A stretch of DNA of 64,000 nt from a virus. Below, piece by piece: positions 1 to 10,225 of this stretch. Location: IMG/VR virus record IMGVR_UViG_3300034170_000023, positions 19,208-83,207 of that record. One strand, 5' to 3'. The notes under the pieces were generated by a model that searched no databases, had not been told where the DNA came from, and saw only the letters and a list, made by a program, of their open reading frames with translations. Each line of letters opens with the position of its first letter. Position 1 is the first letter of the stretch. The position numbers and the translations under genes were made by a program.

Positions 1-83
1 GCTTTCAAGGATCCCCTAACGCAAAAGGTTACGGGGATATAAATGACTCAACAGTTGGTGGCGTCTACGCCCAGCTCATCTAA
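1..83 (+). CDS. C-terminal end of probable baseplate wedge protein (partial)
   Basis: Frame from nt 3 reads FQGSPNAKGYGDINDSTVGGVYAQLI*; directly precedes the tail fibre gene. Confidence 0.45.
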   Translation, partial: FQGSPNAKGYGDINDSTVGGVYAQLI

Positions 84-98
84 AAAGGAAACATTAAA

Positions 99-1553
99 TT
101 GACCGAGATTCTTAGACCAGACATGACTTACCAGTGGGCTTCTGGTGGTGTGATGGTAACTCCATCCAGTGTTAAGATGCAAACAGGATGGGGTGCTGAA
201 GTCCCACCTTACCAGTGGGAAAACTATATTCAGAATCGCCAAGACAATGCTATCACACACCTATTTCAGAAAGGTGTGAGTGTTTGGTCAGCGACTCAGG
301 ATTACTACTATGCTGTAGGTGGGACTCGTGCATTTGTGCAAGGCAGCGACGGTAAAGTTTATGAGGCTGTTGCTAATAGCACTAACCAAAACCCATTAAC
401 AGATACTACCAACACCTACTGGAAGATTGCCTTTCGTGACCAGTCCGGTAGTGCCCTCTACGCACTAGACACTGGTACAGCTAACGTATACAAAGCCGAC
501 TATGCTCCAGTAGTTAAGACTTTAGTAGATGGTATGGTGCTGAAGTTTAAAGCACTTAATGCTAATACATCTACAGCAACGTTCACCCCAGCTAACGGTG
601 TTATTGCAGCAGCCCCCATTGTTGGTGGTTCACATAGTGCCCTACAAGGGGGTGAGATTGCGGCATTAGGCGATGTGTGGGTACAGTGGAACACTTCTAT
701 TGGTGGTGGCAGTTGGGTACTGATTGATAGTACAGGTGGTGCTCTACAAGTTGGTGCTGCAACTAAACCTTTACAAGCACTTCAGTTAGGTCAGGCACAA
801 GCTCTATTCTCACCGTCAGTGATTGGATCTTCCCGTAATGTCAAAATGTCAGTGCCAACTGCATCAGCAAGCGCCACTTTAACAGCAGATGAGATTATCC
901 TTGGTACAGTACTTGGGGGGCAGAATTATAGAGTTGCAAGCTTCAGTAAAACTGTAAACCTTGCAACAACAGGTGCAGGAGGTATGGACACAGGTACAGC
1001 CCCGGTATCAGGTTTTGTATCTATCTATGCCATATATAATCCAACAACCCTTACTTCAGCCTTACTAGCCTGTGCCCAAGCAACCTCAAACGGTAGTGTA
1101 TACACAGGTGGAAACATGCCGTCTGGGTTTACATCTTCCGCACTTGTCAGCTCTTGGTCAACAAATGCAAGTAGCCAATTTACTGTAGGGTATCAAGTAG
1201 ATAGGACTGTAAGTTTTGCCAGTATACAGGTATTAAGCACTACAGTACAACAAGGCAGCTCTACTTCATTAAGCATCGCAGCAGCCGTTCCATTAAACGC
1301 TACTAAGGCAAAATTGCGGGGGAGTGTTGCATCAAGCACAGCGGCAGTGGTTGGCACAATGACACTTGCTGCAACTGCAACTCAGATCGGTATTTCACAA
1401 CTTGCCGCTGTGCTCCCAACAGCCTCTATCGCTTTTACCGCTGAAATGGGTGTAATCCCTTTGTTGACACCTCAGACAGTATATTACACACTGGCACTAA
1501 GCACAGGTGCAGTAAGTGGTGCTAACTTTACCGTAACGGAGTATCAATTCTAG
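99..1553 (+). CDS. Tail fibre protein
   Basis: 484 aa, Ala/Gly/Ser/Thr-rich; N-terminal baseplate-attachment segment (GW..EVPPYQWEN); NLATTGAGGMDTG..PVSG segment typical of Pseudomonas phage fibres. Confidence 0.85.
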   Translation: MTEILRPDMTYQWASGGVMVTPSSVKMQTGWGAEVPPYQWENYIQNRQDNAITHLFQKGVSVWSATQDYYYAVGGTRAFVQGSDGKVYEAVANSTNQNPLTDTTNTYWKIAFRDQSGSALYALDTGTANVYKADYAPVVKTLVDGMVLKFKALNANTSTATFTPANGVIAAAPIVGGSHSALQGGEIAALGDVWVQWNTSIGGGSWVLIDSTGGALQVGAATKPLQALQLGQAQALFSPSVIGSSRNVKMSVPTASASATLTADEIILGTVLGGQNYRVASFSKTVNLATTGAGGMDTGTAPVSGFVSIYAIYNPTTLTSALLACAQATSNGSVYTGGNMPSGFTSSALVSSWSTNASSQFTVGYQVDRTVSFASIQVLSTTVQQGSSTSLSIAAAVPLNATKAKLRGSVASSTAAVVGTMTLAATATQIGISQLAAVLPTASIAFTAEMGVIPLLTPQTVYYTLALSTGAVSGANFTVTEYQF

Positions 1554-2176
1554 TGAAGAAAATACTATTCTGCGGTGATTCAACAATGGTCGGCCGTACC
1601 CGAAAACCGGGGATTGCTGACCTAGTGGTGTCAGAGTTTAATGAGCCTAAGGTTTGCAATGACTTACTTGTTGCAAAGTATGGTGCAGGTGCGGTCACTA
1701 TTATTAATGCTGGGATTGGAGGCACTAACTGTATCCAGTGGTGTAATGGTGACCCATCCTTCGCTATGCCTTCAATGTCTGCTAGGATGTTACTTCCTGA
1801 GAATGCTGATGTAGATATTGTAGTAGTGCAGATTGGTATTAATGATGCCTTCAATGGATCTGTTACTATTGATGCTTTTAATTGGTGCTTGCAAGAGATG
1901 TGGCGAATTGTTGTTAAGGTGCATGGTAAGAAGATTATTTTTTGTACACCATCTCCGATTGACAATGCTGCTGGTCCACGTCTCTGGACAATGCAGAATG
2001 GTATGAAGCAAGTGGCTGCTGCTTGTGGTGTTCAAGTTGTTGACCACTATGCATCCTTACTATCCGTAGCAGCGGGTTGGACTATCCTCTTATCAGATAA
2101 TACACACCCAACAGATGAGCTGTATGCTTTCAAGGGTCATGCAATGTTCTTAGCCCTAATTCCACATTTCAAATAG
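1553..2176 (+). CDS. SGNH/GDSL hydrolase (esterase)
   Basis: Blocks GDS, NAGIGG, GIND and D-x-x-HP (DNTHP). Confidence 0.85.
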   Translation: MKKILFCGDSTMVGRTRKPGIADLVVSEFNEPKVCNDLLVAKYGAGAVTIINAGIGGTNCIQWCNGDPSFAMPSMSARMLLPENADVDIVVVQIGINDAFNGSVTIDAFNWCLQEMWRIVVKVHGKKIIFCTPSPIDNAAGPRLWTMQNGMKQVAAACGVQVVDHYASLLSVAAGWTILLSDNTHPTDELYAFKGHAMFLALIPHFK

Positions 2177-2186
2177 AGGTATCACT

Positions 2187-2336
2187 ATGCAATATGTTCA
2201 GTTTGCAGACACTGACCAGAAAAGTATCACTAGTGTCTTTGGATGTGCTCAGGACGAAGTAGATCATCCAAATCAAGGTAAGGTGGAAGATAATGATCCT
2301 CGATATCTGGCATTCCTAGAAACCTTAACTGAATAG
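2187..2336 (+). CDS. Small tail-fibre-associated protein (49 aa)
   Basis: MQYVQFAD...SVFGCAQD...PNQGKVEDNDPRYLAF with GAGGT RBS; this type usually follows Pseudomonas phage fibres; below the ORF-track size cutoff. Confidence 0.6.
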   Translation: MQYVQFADTDQKSITSVFGCAQDEVDHPNQGKVEDNDPRYLAFLETLTE

Positions 2337-2343
2337 GGAACTT

Positions 2344-2868
2344 ATGAGCACCAACTCTAATTTGTATAAAAAGCTTCTTGGAGTTGGGCTTGGCTCAGCT
2401 CTCGCTATTAGTGGGGCATTCTTAGTCAGCCCGTCAGAGGGTCTTGTAAATAAAACATACAAAGACCCTATTGGTATCATTACGGCGTGTAGAGGGCACG
2501 TAGACAGTTCATTGAAGATGGGACAAACATTCACAACAGATCAGTGTGACGCTATCTTTGCAGACGATCTTGTAAAGCATGATAGGCAATTACTCTCTGT
2601 TGTAACTGTCCCTTTCAAGTCAGACTACGAACATGCAGCAATGTTATCCTTTGTTTATAACGTAGGTATTGGGAAGTTTAAATCCTCTACAATGCTCACT
2701 AAACTAAACAATGGTAATCATGCTGGCGCCTGCTCTGAGTTGACTAAATGGGTATACGCAGCAGGAAAGAAATTAAATGGCTTAGTCACTAGACGCACAC
2801 TAGAGTATAAGATGTGCATAGGTGAAGTTCCTTTGGAGATTGCTAATGAAGTTAGTGGAAAACAGTAA
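2344..2868 (+). CDS. SAR-type endolysin (GH24 lysozyme)
   Basis: Gly/Ala-rich N-terminal hydrophobic helix followed by the catalytic E-x8-D-x5-T (EGLVNKTYKDPIGIIT); FVYNVG and GLVTRR motifs. Confidence 0.9.
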   Translation: MSTNSNLYKKLLGVGLGSALAISGAFLVSPSEGLVNKTYKDPIGIITACRGHVDSSLKMGQTFTTDQCDAIFADDLVKHDRQLLSVVTVPFKSDYEHAAMLSFVYNVGIGKFKSSTMLTKLNNGNHAGACSELTKWVYAAGKKLNGLVTRRTLEYKMCIGEVPLEIANEVSGKQ

Positions 2869-3079
2869 GAACCTTTGGAAGAGTTACAGCGTCATCTCTC
2901 ATATACTAAACCTTCTAGTGGCTATCTCAGCAGTAGGACTAAGTGCCTTACCAATCCTAAGTGATTACATTGCTCCGGGATTGTTATTTGGTATTGTAGG
3001 TTGTCTTAGTCTGGCTGGGCTAGTTGGCAGGTATGTGAAGCAGTCGCTAGATGAAGAAAAGGATAAAGAAGATGTTTAA
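2846..3079 (+). CDS. Holin/pinholin (2 TM)
   Basis: Two hydrophobic helices, charged C-terminus, overlaps the endolysin end. Confidence 0.65.
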   Translation: MKLVENSKNLWKSYSVISHILNLLVAISAVGLSALPILSDYIAPGLLFGIVGCLSLAGLVGRYVKQSLDEEKDKEDV

Positions 3080-3539
3080 TGGTGTCTTCTTTTACTTATC
3101 CATATTCTTAGCGATTACAACAGCCTCTGTTGGCTGGTATTCTGTGCATGAAACAGCGTTGTTAGCTGTAGCTGAACATTCCCTCAAGGAACAAGAGAAC
3201 GTCGTTTTATCCCTACAAAACTACCTCACTTTACAGGATAAATCTTGCAAACAAGATGTCCAGAGTGTTGTAGAAGTGGAAGCTCAGAAGATTAACCTAA
3301 GACTGAAGATGGATGCTGTTACTGAACAGATTGCTTCTCTCAATTCTGGCCTTAAACAAGAAGCTACTGTAGAAACTCCCTCAACAACCAAACAAACTAA
3401 TAAGGTGGTGAGTATTAATGCAACCTCTAAAAGTAATGTCCTTACTGGCCCTGAGTTGCTTAGCCCTCAACTTATCGGCTTGTTACACCAATCCTTCTGT
3501 AGTGCAGAGACCACAGACAGTCAATGTCTACCCAAGTGA
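3072..3539 (+). CDS. Inner-membrane spanin (Rz-like)
   Basis: N-terminal TM, coiled-coil periplasmic part, C-terminal Cys residues. Confidence 0.65.
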   Translation: MFNGVFFYLSIFLAITTASVGWYSVHETALLAVAEHSLKEQENVVLSLQNYLTLQDKSCKQDVQSVVEVEAQKINLRLKMDAVTEQIASLNSGLKQEATVETPSTTKQTNKVVSINATSKSNVLTGPELLSPQLIGLLHQSFCSAETTDSQCLPK

Positions 3540-3705
3540 TGCACTCTTAGTTGACCCCTGCAAAGCTGTCAGTGCTGGTGAGAGTTTAATTGAACTAGCT
3601 CAAGCCTACAACAAGAACACATCTTGCATTGGGATGTTCCACTTGCAGATGAATAAGCTTCGTGAAAACAAAGCTGCACAGGAAGTTCTCTATCATGTCA
3701 AATGA
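3436..3705 (+). CDS. Outer-membrane spanin lipoprotein (Rz1-like)
   Basis: Lipobox LSAC after a signal peptide; overlaps the i-spanin 3' end in a different frame. Confidence 0.7.
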   Translation: MSLLALSCLALNLSACYTNPSVVQRPQTVNVYPSDALLVDPCKAVSAGESLIELAQAYNKNTSCIGMFHLQMNKLRENKAAQEVLYHVK

Positions 3706-4012
3706 CGATACTAACATTAAGATCAACAACCTGTGGGAAAGGCTGTGTCTAGGACTTCTCTCCTTCATTGTTAGCTGTCTATTCCTTTTCTATCAAGGTC
3801 AGCGTGAAGACTTTAAAGGGCTTGAAGAGAAAGTTGTGACGATGCAGACAGGTAAGGTCAACAAAGAAGACCTCCGAGAGGTTGAGGCAAGGCTTAACAC
3901 TAAAATGGATGCTGGCTTCTCCAACTTAATTGCTAGGAGTGCTCAGGATAAAGCTGATGTGATTTCTCGTCTAGACTTATATTTTAGTCAGGTGAAGAAC
4001 ACTAAGCGATAA
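3695..4012 (+). CDS. Single-TM coiled-coil membrane protein, lysis region
   Basis: One TM followed by a coiled coil; overlaps the o-spanin end. Confidence 0.5.
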   Translation: MSNDDTNIKINNLWERLCLGLLSFIVSCLFLFYQGQREDFKGLEEKVVTMQTGKVNKEDLREVEARLNTKMDAGFSNLIARSAQDKADVISRLDLYFSQVKNTKR

Positions 4013-4020
4013 GGGGATTT

Positions 4021-4359
4021 ATGATTTGGTTAGCGATTGAAAGGGCTATACATCTAACCACTCTAGTATTATTGATAATCATGATCTCTATCATTTTCTC
4101 TAATAACAAAAGTACACAAGAAGTAGGCAACTTTAGCATTAAGCTTGATTCTGTCAAACAAGATATCTATAAAGTGATGAGTAATAATGTTGATTATCAA
4201 GACTCAAGGATTAATAAACTAGCTGAGAATCAAGACTCATATCAAGTGGGTACTGACCAGAGAGTTTACTTGCTAGAACAACAGATAAAGTTAGTGCAAG
4301 CAACCAATAAGAATAATAATCGTATTGTGAACACTAACATTAATACTGTGAATAATTAA
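4021..4359 (+). CDS. Single-TM coiled-coil membrane protein, lysis region
   Basis: N-terminal TM, coiled coil, AAGGGG RBS. Confidence 0.5.
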   Translation: MIWLAIERAIHLTTLVLLIIMISIIFSNNKSTQEVGNFSIKLDSVKQDIYKVMSNNVDYQDSRINKLAENQDSYQVGTDQRVYLLEQQIKLVQATNKNNNRIVNTNINTVNN

Positions 4360-4421
4360 AATAATATTACAATAAGAAACACAAACAGGTGACTGCCCTT
4401 ACCTGAATCTCGGATACAATT

Positions 4422-4460
4422 AGGCCCGGCCATCCTGTGAAGGAGCCGGGCCTTTCTTTG
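4422..4460 (+). terminator. Intrinsic terminator ending the late operon
   Basis: AGGCCCGGC...GCCGGGCCT stem plus TTTCTTT, at the convergence of + and - genes. Confidence 0.85.
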
Positions 4461-4472
4461 TCTAAAATAAAG

Positions 4473-4733
4473 TTATTCAGTGTACTTCACAGCAATTTCG
4501 AAAGGTTGTACACTCATAGCCGTATAGCTAAATTCTTTTTTAACTTTATTCACAGAACTTTCCTTTGGAAACACCTTCACCCCCTCTTGTGGTGATTGCT
4601 TAATAACTTCAATCACTCTCTTGTGTTCAGTTTGTTTAATGAGCTTATTCTCTAGGTAATAATAGCCTCCGAAGAGTGTGATAGCTAAAGCTAAGAGGAT
4701 ACAGGATATGTCGCAGAGTAGATACTTTTTCAT
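4473..4733 (-). CDS. Hypothetical membrane protein
   Basis: ORF with N-terminal TM, in operon. Confidence 0.55.
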   Translation of the reverse strand: MKKYLLCDISCILLALAITLFGGYYYLENKLIKQTEHKRVIEVIKQSPQEGVKVFPKESSVNKVKKEFSYTAMSVQPFEIAVKYTE

Positions 4734-4890
4734 TAGATTTCTTCTCCGTTAAGTGAGATAAAGTCAGCACACAACTTCTTGAAATTGCCATCATAACCTT
4801 CTGATGAGAGCCGTAAAGTGGCTTCATATAGTAGAGCTAAAGATTCCTCTAGCTTCAGTTTCAGTTGGATAATTTTATCTTTCTTTTTCA

Positions 4891-5262
4891 TTAGATATAG
4901 CACTCCGAATAAAGGGTTCCGGGACAAGTATCTTCACGGATAATCTGACCTGCTGCTTTAGCAATTACATAAGCTTCTTTACGGGCTAGAAAGTTACCGT
5001 ATTGGTCAGTGAAGCCTTGTACCATTCCACCAAGTCCACACCACTCTTGCAACTCTTCTTCCATCACCATAATCTGCATTTCCATGATAGGGCAACTATG
5101 ACGTGTGCCTGTTACAATATAGCCATTATAGTTATAGGCAGCTTGGGCGATTCGACGTTGTACACCATAATATTCCCAACGCATACGTCCATCTTCCATA
5201 ATGTTACCACGTAGACGTTCTTGGTATTGTTCTACGACAGCTTTGATTCGTTCAATTGACAT
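4891..5262 (-). CDS. Conserved phage hypothetical protein
   Basis: GTRH...QGFTDQYGNFL.RKEAY..A...GQ...LYSE motif. Confidence 0.6.
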   Translation of the reverse strand: MSIERIKAVVEQYQERLRGNIMEDGRMRWEYYGVQRRIAQAAYNYNGYIVTGTRHSCPIMEMQIMVMEEELQEWCGLGGMVQGFTDQYGNFLARKEAYVIAKAAGQIIREDTCPGTLYSECYI

Positions 5263-5512
5263 TTGTATTTTCCAAAGCTTTAGAATACACGAATACGAAT
5301 AATTGTTCAAAGCTTATCTCTATAGTTTCTTCGTTGGTGTAGTCTAGATTGGTTTCATACGAAGGCAGATATTCAATCTTTACAGTCCAACCTGTCAAAG
5401 ACCTTGTGTACTTGTTTACAGTTAGGTGCTTGTTGTGTTTATCCCAGTAAAAGTCATGGGTGTCTTGTGAGCCTGACCTAATGAAGTCTGCAAGTAGTGT
5501 TTCAAAATTCAT
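5252..5512 (-). CDS. Hypothetical protein
   Basis: ORF with AGGAG RBS. Confidence 0.6.
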   Translation of the reverse strand: MNFETLLADFIRSGSQDTHDFYWDKHNKHLTVNKYTRSLTGWTVKIEYLPSYETNLDYTNEETIEISFEQLFVFVYSKALENTNVN

Positions 5513-5591
5513 TTGTTAATCTCCTAATAAAGAAAAAGCTCCACCTGATTTCTCAAGCAGAGCCAAATTATGAATCATTTATGGGGTTGTG

Positions 5592-7325
5592 TCAAGCACT
5601 GCACGAAATACATTCATCCTTCACCACAACACCACTACGAGAGTAGATGTAATACTGACTCAAGATGTTCTCATCTAGCAACACCTTTGTCAACAGTGTA
5701 GCAATCAAATCCTCACTCCCATCCTCTGGAACATAGAAGTTTAAACTCTGACCTTGACAAGTATACTGCTGGCGTTGACTTGCGTGGCGTAGAAGAATCT
5801 CTTGATCCATTTCAAAGCCATTTAGATATACCAACTTCTCTTCTTCATCAGCCCAATCAACATGTTGAATAGAGCCAAGGTGGTCGATAATATCTTTAAC
5901 AGTCTCTTCTGTGTAAACTCCCTTGTCCTTCATAAACTTATAGAACATTGGAGGAATACGTCGTAGCTCTCCAACACTACTACCAGCATCAAAGATCATG
6001 CCCGGATCTGGGAACCATGATTCACTAACACCACCCATCAACAAGCTTGTAGTCTTAGTTGGGGCATAGGCTGTACGGTGTGTATTACGAACACCATAAC
6101 CTTCACACCACTCAGGACTTCCATACTCTTTAGCTAACCACTCACTTGCACGCAAGGATTCATCATTCAAGTGTTTAGCAATGCGTGTACTTAGGAACTG
6201 AGCTTCCAAACTAATGTAAGGGATGTTCTTAGATTGCAAATAAGTATGGAAACCTAAAACACCCAAACCAATTGCACGACCTTTAATTGTAAACTCACGA
6301 ACCTTTTCAAGACCTGTAATGTCTACAGACTTTTCAATGAACTCTGAACACAAGCAGTCAAGGAAGACGGTTGCAATGAACACTGACTCACGTTCTGGTA
6401 TAGTATCCCAGTGAACAAGGTTCAAGGAAGCTAAGATACAAGAGTAGGTTAGCAACTCAGAGCTGTGCAACATAATTTCCGTACAAAGGTTTGAAGCTTC
6501 AATAAACAAGCCCCAGTCTTTGTACATCTTAGGACGGTGACGGTTTGCACAATCTACCTTAAACAGATAACCTTTGCCAGTTGTCAGCTTAGTGTATACA
6601 GCTTTAATCCAACGACGATTCGCTTCTGGGTCATTCTGTTTTAACTTCTCAATAAAAGTATCTTTAATGATCCAACCATAGTTCTTACCATTATGATCAT
6701 GAGCAAGGGAATCACATGCTTCTTCCCAATCACCATGTTCAATGTCTAGGTAGGCGCCAATAGAGCCTCGACGAGCACCACCTTGACTGATCTTAGCTAC
6801 AGCAGTGAAGTAATCATCAATTACTGGGACAGCACCATTAGCTTTACCACCAGCACTAATCTTACTGCCTCGTGGACGGATATGGCTAAAGTTTGCACTT
6901 GTACCAAAACCCTCTTTTGATAACAAAGCAGTCTCTTTAATACCATCGTAGAAACTTACAACACTATCACCAATCAATTGACCAGAGCAAGCTACCATCA
7001 TCCCACGATCAGTGCCTGTATTAGCCAAAGCTGGTGAACTAGGGGAGAGAATACCATCCCACAACTCATTAAAGAACTTCTGTTCCCACTCAGCTTCACG
7101 ACCTTTCATATGTTTCGAGAGGGTATTAGCAATCTTCTGATGACGACCTAAAACCGCAGCTTCGTCTTTATAAGCATACTTCTCACGGAACATTTGCCAC
7201 CCTTGTGTTGAATACCACTCAGGTAGGTGCCCTTTCTTTTGTAGCTTCTTACGTTCTTTACTTAGCTGTTCAAACTTCTGTAGTTCCTCTTCAGGGATGT
7301 CGCCTACACTGTCTTCAATTAACAT
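5592..7325 (-). CDS. nrdA: Ribonucleotide reductase class Ia alpha subunit
   Basis: SPALAN, ASNLCTEI, CILASLNL, APT, YY pair and C-terminal CxxC; no ATP cone. Confidence 0.95.
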   Translation of the reverse strand: MLIEDSVGDIPEEELQKFEQLSKERKKLQKKGHLPEWYSTQGWQMFREKYAYKDEAAVLGRHQKIANTLSKHMKGREAEWEQKFFNELWDGILSPSSPALANTGTDRGMMVACSGQLIGDSVVSFYDGIKETALLSKEGFGTSANFSHIRPRGSKISAGGKANGAVPVIDDYFTAVAKISQGGARRGSIGAYLDIEHGDWEEACDSLAHDHNGKNYGWIIKDTFIEKLKQNDPEANRRWIKAVYTKLTTGKGYLFKVDCANRHRPKMYKDWGLFIEASNLCTEIMLHSSELLTYSCILASLNLVHWDTIPERESVFIATVFLDCLCSEFIEKSVDITGLEKVREFTIKGRAIGLGVLGFHTYLQSKNIPYISLEAQFLSTRIAKHLNDESLRASEWLAKEYGSPEWCEGYGVRNTHRTAYAPTKTTSLLMGGVSESWFPDPGMIFDAGSSVGELRRIPPMFYKFMKDKGVYTEETVKDIIDHLGSIQHVDWADEEEKLVYLNGFEMDQEILLRHASQRQQYTCQGQSLNFYVPEDGSEDLIATLLTKVLLDENILSQYYIYSRSGVVVKDECISCSA

Positions 7326-8333
7326 TTATACCAATTCCTTTTTAAAACCCAAGAGGTGTTTAGACCAGTTACGTGTGTACTGTAGCTGTGTGCTTGCAAA
7401 GAAGTCTGGAACCTTAACAGTAGACAGTTGTTGATAGAACCAACCACTAATAACACTCTGTTTACGTTCAAACATTGGTGGTCGATCAAGTCGATTCATC
7501 ACAATATTAATTCGATCTTCCAAGAATTCAATACACTCTTTCTTCTTCACAACACGATTCTTTCCAATCTCAAACATTTTGTCTATGATAAGAAGCTCAT
7601 GATTATACACATCCAAGGCAATCTTATCAATCTTTTCATTCAGGATATTGTCACGACGTGTGCTGTGATTCCCTAAATCTTTACGTTCAGCTTTACATTG
7701 TTTAAACAAGTTGGCTGATGCAATAGAGTGAAAATTCTCATCCTTAGCACTTCCATCGATACCACTAACGAAGTGTGGTATTAAGTTAAAACCACGACTG
7801 TTGAAACCTTTGAAGTAACCAAACACTGAGAATAGGATGGCACCTTCCATAAAGGCTAAGGCTGCTGTTACTTCAAGTGCATCATTACTGCTTGCACACT
7901 GACTAATAAACTTAATTCGTTCTGATAGTACAGGGTCCAGTTTCCATTGAGTGTAGAACTCATCTGTTGCTTTACCCAGCACTTTGTTACCTAGATCGTA
8001 GAAGGGTGCATGGCTACCCAATTCAACATTAGCAAAGCAAGCGCACATCCGTTGAATTTCTGGACGTGGAAATAGCTTTGCAATCTTACCACCCCACAAC
8101 TCATCACCCCCAATCATCAGTTCATATTGAGTAAGAATAGATTGTGCTGTCAGAATACCGTGCAATTCACCCGCAGTTAGATTAGTTCGGAAATCTTGTT
8201 CATCGTCATCAACACCTAACTCTTCAGCAGGCCAGAACAACGACTGTTGTTGAATAGCCATCTCAGTTGCCCAAGGGTAGTGTGTAACATATGAATCGGT
8301 TGGTGTTTCAATTTGACTTAAGTGCTTTGACAA
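7326..8333 (-). CDS. nrdB: Ribonucleotide reductase class Ia beta subunit
   Basis: FWPAEE, E..H...Y radical tyrosine, MEG..LFS.F, DENFH, PDFF. Confidence 0.92.
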   Translation of the reverse strand: MSKHLSQIETPTDSYVTHYPWATEMAIQQQSLFWPAEELGVDDDEQDFRTNLTAGELHGILTAQSILTQYELMIGGDELWGGKIAKLFPRPEIQRMCACFANVELGSHAPFYDLGNKVLGKATDEFYTQWKLDPVLSERIKFISQCASSNDALEVTAALAFMEGAILFSVFGYFKGFNSRGFNLIPHFVSGIDGSAKDENFHSIASANLFKQCKAERKDLGNHSTRRDNILNEKIDKIALDVYNHELLIIDKMFEIGKNRVVKKKECIEFLEDRINIVMNRLDRPPMFERKQSVISGWFYQQLSTVKVPDFFASTQLQYTRNWSKHLLGFKKELV

Positions 8334-8343
8334 CTTCTACCCC

Positions 8344-8703
8344 TTAATTGGCATGTTTCTGCATATGATTAATAATACTTGCTGTACTATCTTGTTGCTG
8401 ACCAATAGTCTTCAAAGCAATTCGTAGTTCTAGGTCACAACTATTAACCGTATTCTCCCAACTACATCCAATACTTTTAAGCCACTTTGGGTCATCCCGT
8501 TCATGTGCTTCCCAACGGAGACAAGTAACAACTTTACCTTGTAAGTTACGGTGCTGACATACTACCTCATCTACCCCAAGGGAGCAATCTAATCCATTAT
8601 CCCACAAATACTTATTAATCTTTTCTTTATCATCTGAACCAAATGCTTCTGAAAACCCTTTGACAAGTAGCATATCCGACAAACTTAGGCTGTGACCAAT
8701 CAT
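8344..8703 (-). CDS. Hypothetical protein
   Basis: ORF with RBS, in operon. Confidence 0.6.
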   Translation of the reverse strand: MIGHSLSLSDMLLVKGFSEAFGSDDKEKINKYLWDNGLDCSLGVDEVVCQHRNLQGKVVTCLRWEAHERDDPKWLKSIGCSWENTVNSCDLELRIALKTIGQQQDSTASIINHMQKHAN

Positions 8704-8875
8704 ACAATTTCCTTAAATTCTTCTACATCTTTATAATTAATGTTAAACCCTAGAAACGTAAAAGCATCGTGGAAGGCTGCTCCAAGCTCCTGAGCCTCAA
8801 AACAAGCATTTTGATCATTTATTAGAACTCGGTAGAATCCCTCACAGCCATCATCTACGCATTCGACTTCAATAT

Positions 8876-9559
8876 TCACAACTGTTTCTCCATCAATTGT
8901 TCTAGGAACGGGAAGTGAGCAATAATAGCAGGCTTAACTTTCCGTGCTAAGTCTACATGCTCTTTCTGTGTAACACCCAAATCATCACGAACTTTCAGAT
9001 AAGTAATCCACTGACGTACAGTGCCATTTGCATACATATAACTCATTGTGTTACCTTCAGGAAGGATAACACGAGCACACTCTTTAGCGATATCATTATC
9101 TAATGCCCAACGGTAATTCTCTCGTACTAGATCCAACACTTGAGTCTGTCGTTTATTCCACTCAAACATTAAGTTAAAGTCAAGCTGATTAGTCAAATCA
9201 AGTTCAACACTATTCTGTCGATTCTTGGTATCTTGCATACGAGTTTCACGGATTACAAAAGTTTGGGCTTCTGCGTATCGTTGTGAGAATTCTTGAAACT
9301 TAATGCTTGAATGTCGCAGCACTTGACGAGCAATATCTCGTGGAGCTTCAATCTCAATCACAATATTAGACATATCGAATACTGACCAATGTCCTACACG
9401 CATACAATACTTTAGAAGTCCTGCTGCTGTGTCAAAGTTCTTCTGGTTCTCAGGGTTACTGACACGAGCGCAGTATGCTGGGAGGTCTTCTGCTGTAGGA
9501 ATGTAATCAACTACTGGAGTTGTTACACCAATTACTTTTGCACTGATAAAATCAAACAT
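8876..9559 (-). CDS. thyX: Flavin-dependent thymidylate synthase
   Basis: GHWS, RHSSIKFQEFSQRY (RHxxxxFxxxSxRY), ARVILP, QKEH. Confidence 0.95.
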   Translation of the reverse strand: MFDFISAKVIGVTTPVVDYIPTAEDLPAYCARVSNPENQKNFDTAAGLLKYCMRVGHWSVFDMSNIVIEIEAPRDIARQVLRHSSIKFQEFSQRYAEAQTFVIRETRMQDTKNRQNSVELDLTNQLDFNLMFEWNKRQTQVLDLVRENYRWALDNDIAKECARVILPEGNTMSYMYANGTVRQWITYLKVRDDLGVTQKEHVDLARKVKPAIIAHFPFLEQLMEKQL

Positions 9560-9736
9560 TACTACTCTCCTTAACCCCGTTAACACTCTTCAAATATTCA
9601 TCAACCTCTTTCCAACTAATATTTGGAAAGTAGACGTACATCATTCCACTTTTAGCTAGATTGTCATAGTCTTCTTTCACCTTAATCAAGTCTTTCCAGT
9701 CTAGTTTACCACGTTCTGTTGGGACTGTTGCATGGA

Positions 9737-10216
9737 TCATTTGAATTCCTTCCCAACAAACTTCTCTAGTGTTGGTCGCTTATGGTCAGCTAGTTTCAAT
9801 ACCTTCCCATCTTCTTGTCGCTTGACACAATACAGTGTTTCACCTTCATAAACTGTTTGATCAATATAACATGGAACACCATTCTCTTCCAGCACTTCTT
9901 TACTCATCAAAGCATATGTGTAGGAAGTTGTAATCTTACTTGTATTATTCTCACAAACAGCTTTTAGAGCTTTCTTTGTATCACAACCAAAGGAATACAG
10001 GAGATGCTCTAGCCAAGTGTTGAGGTACTGAATGTCACAATAAGCATCTAGAGCTTCGGTCATGTCATTCTCTTCACAAGCATCTACAAGCTCATTTGCT
10101 TCCTCTAGGATAAGCTTTGCTTGGAGTTTCAGTTGCTTCCATACATCATATTGATCACCCATTGTAGGAGGAGAGCCAATACCGTAGTTGAATTTTTTAA
10201 CTTCTGACTTGCTCAA
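9737..10216 (-). CDS. MazG-like / all-alpha NTP pyrophosphohydrolase
   Basis: LILEEANEL...EALDAYCD...V..NN.SK...DGKVLK pattern. Confidence 0.75.
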   Translation of the reverse strand: MSKSEVKKFNYGIGSPPTMGDQYDVWKQLKLQAKLILEEANELVDACEENDMTEALDAYCDIQYLNTWLEHLLYSFGCDTKKALKAVCENNTSKITTSYTYALMSKEVLEENGVPCYIDQTVYEGETLYCVKRQEDGKVLKLADHKRPTLEKFVGKEFK

Positions 10217-10225
10217 TTCTCTTCC

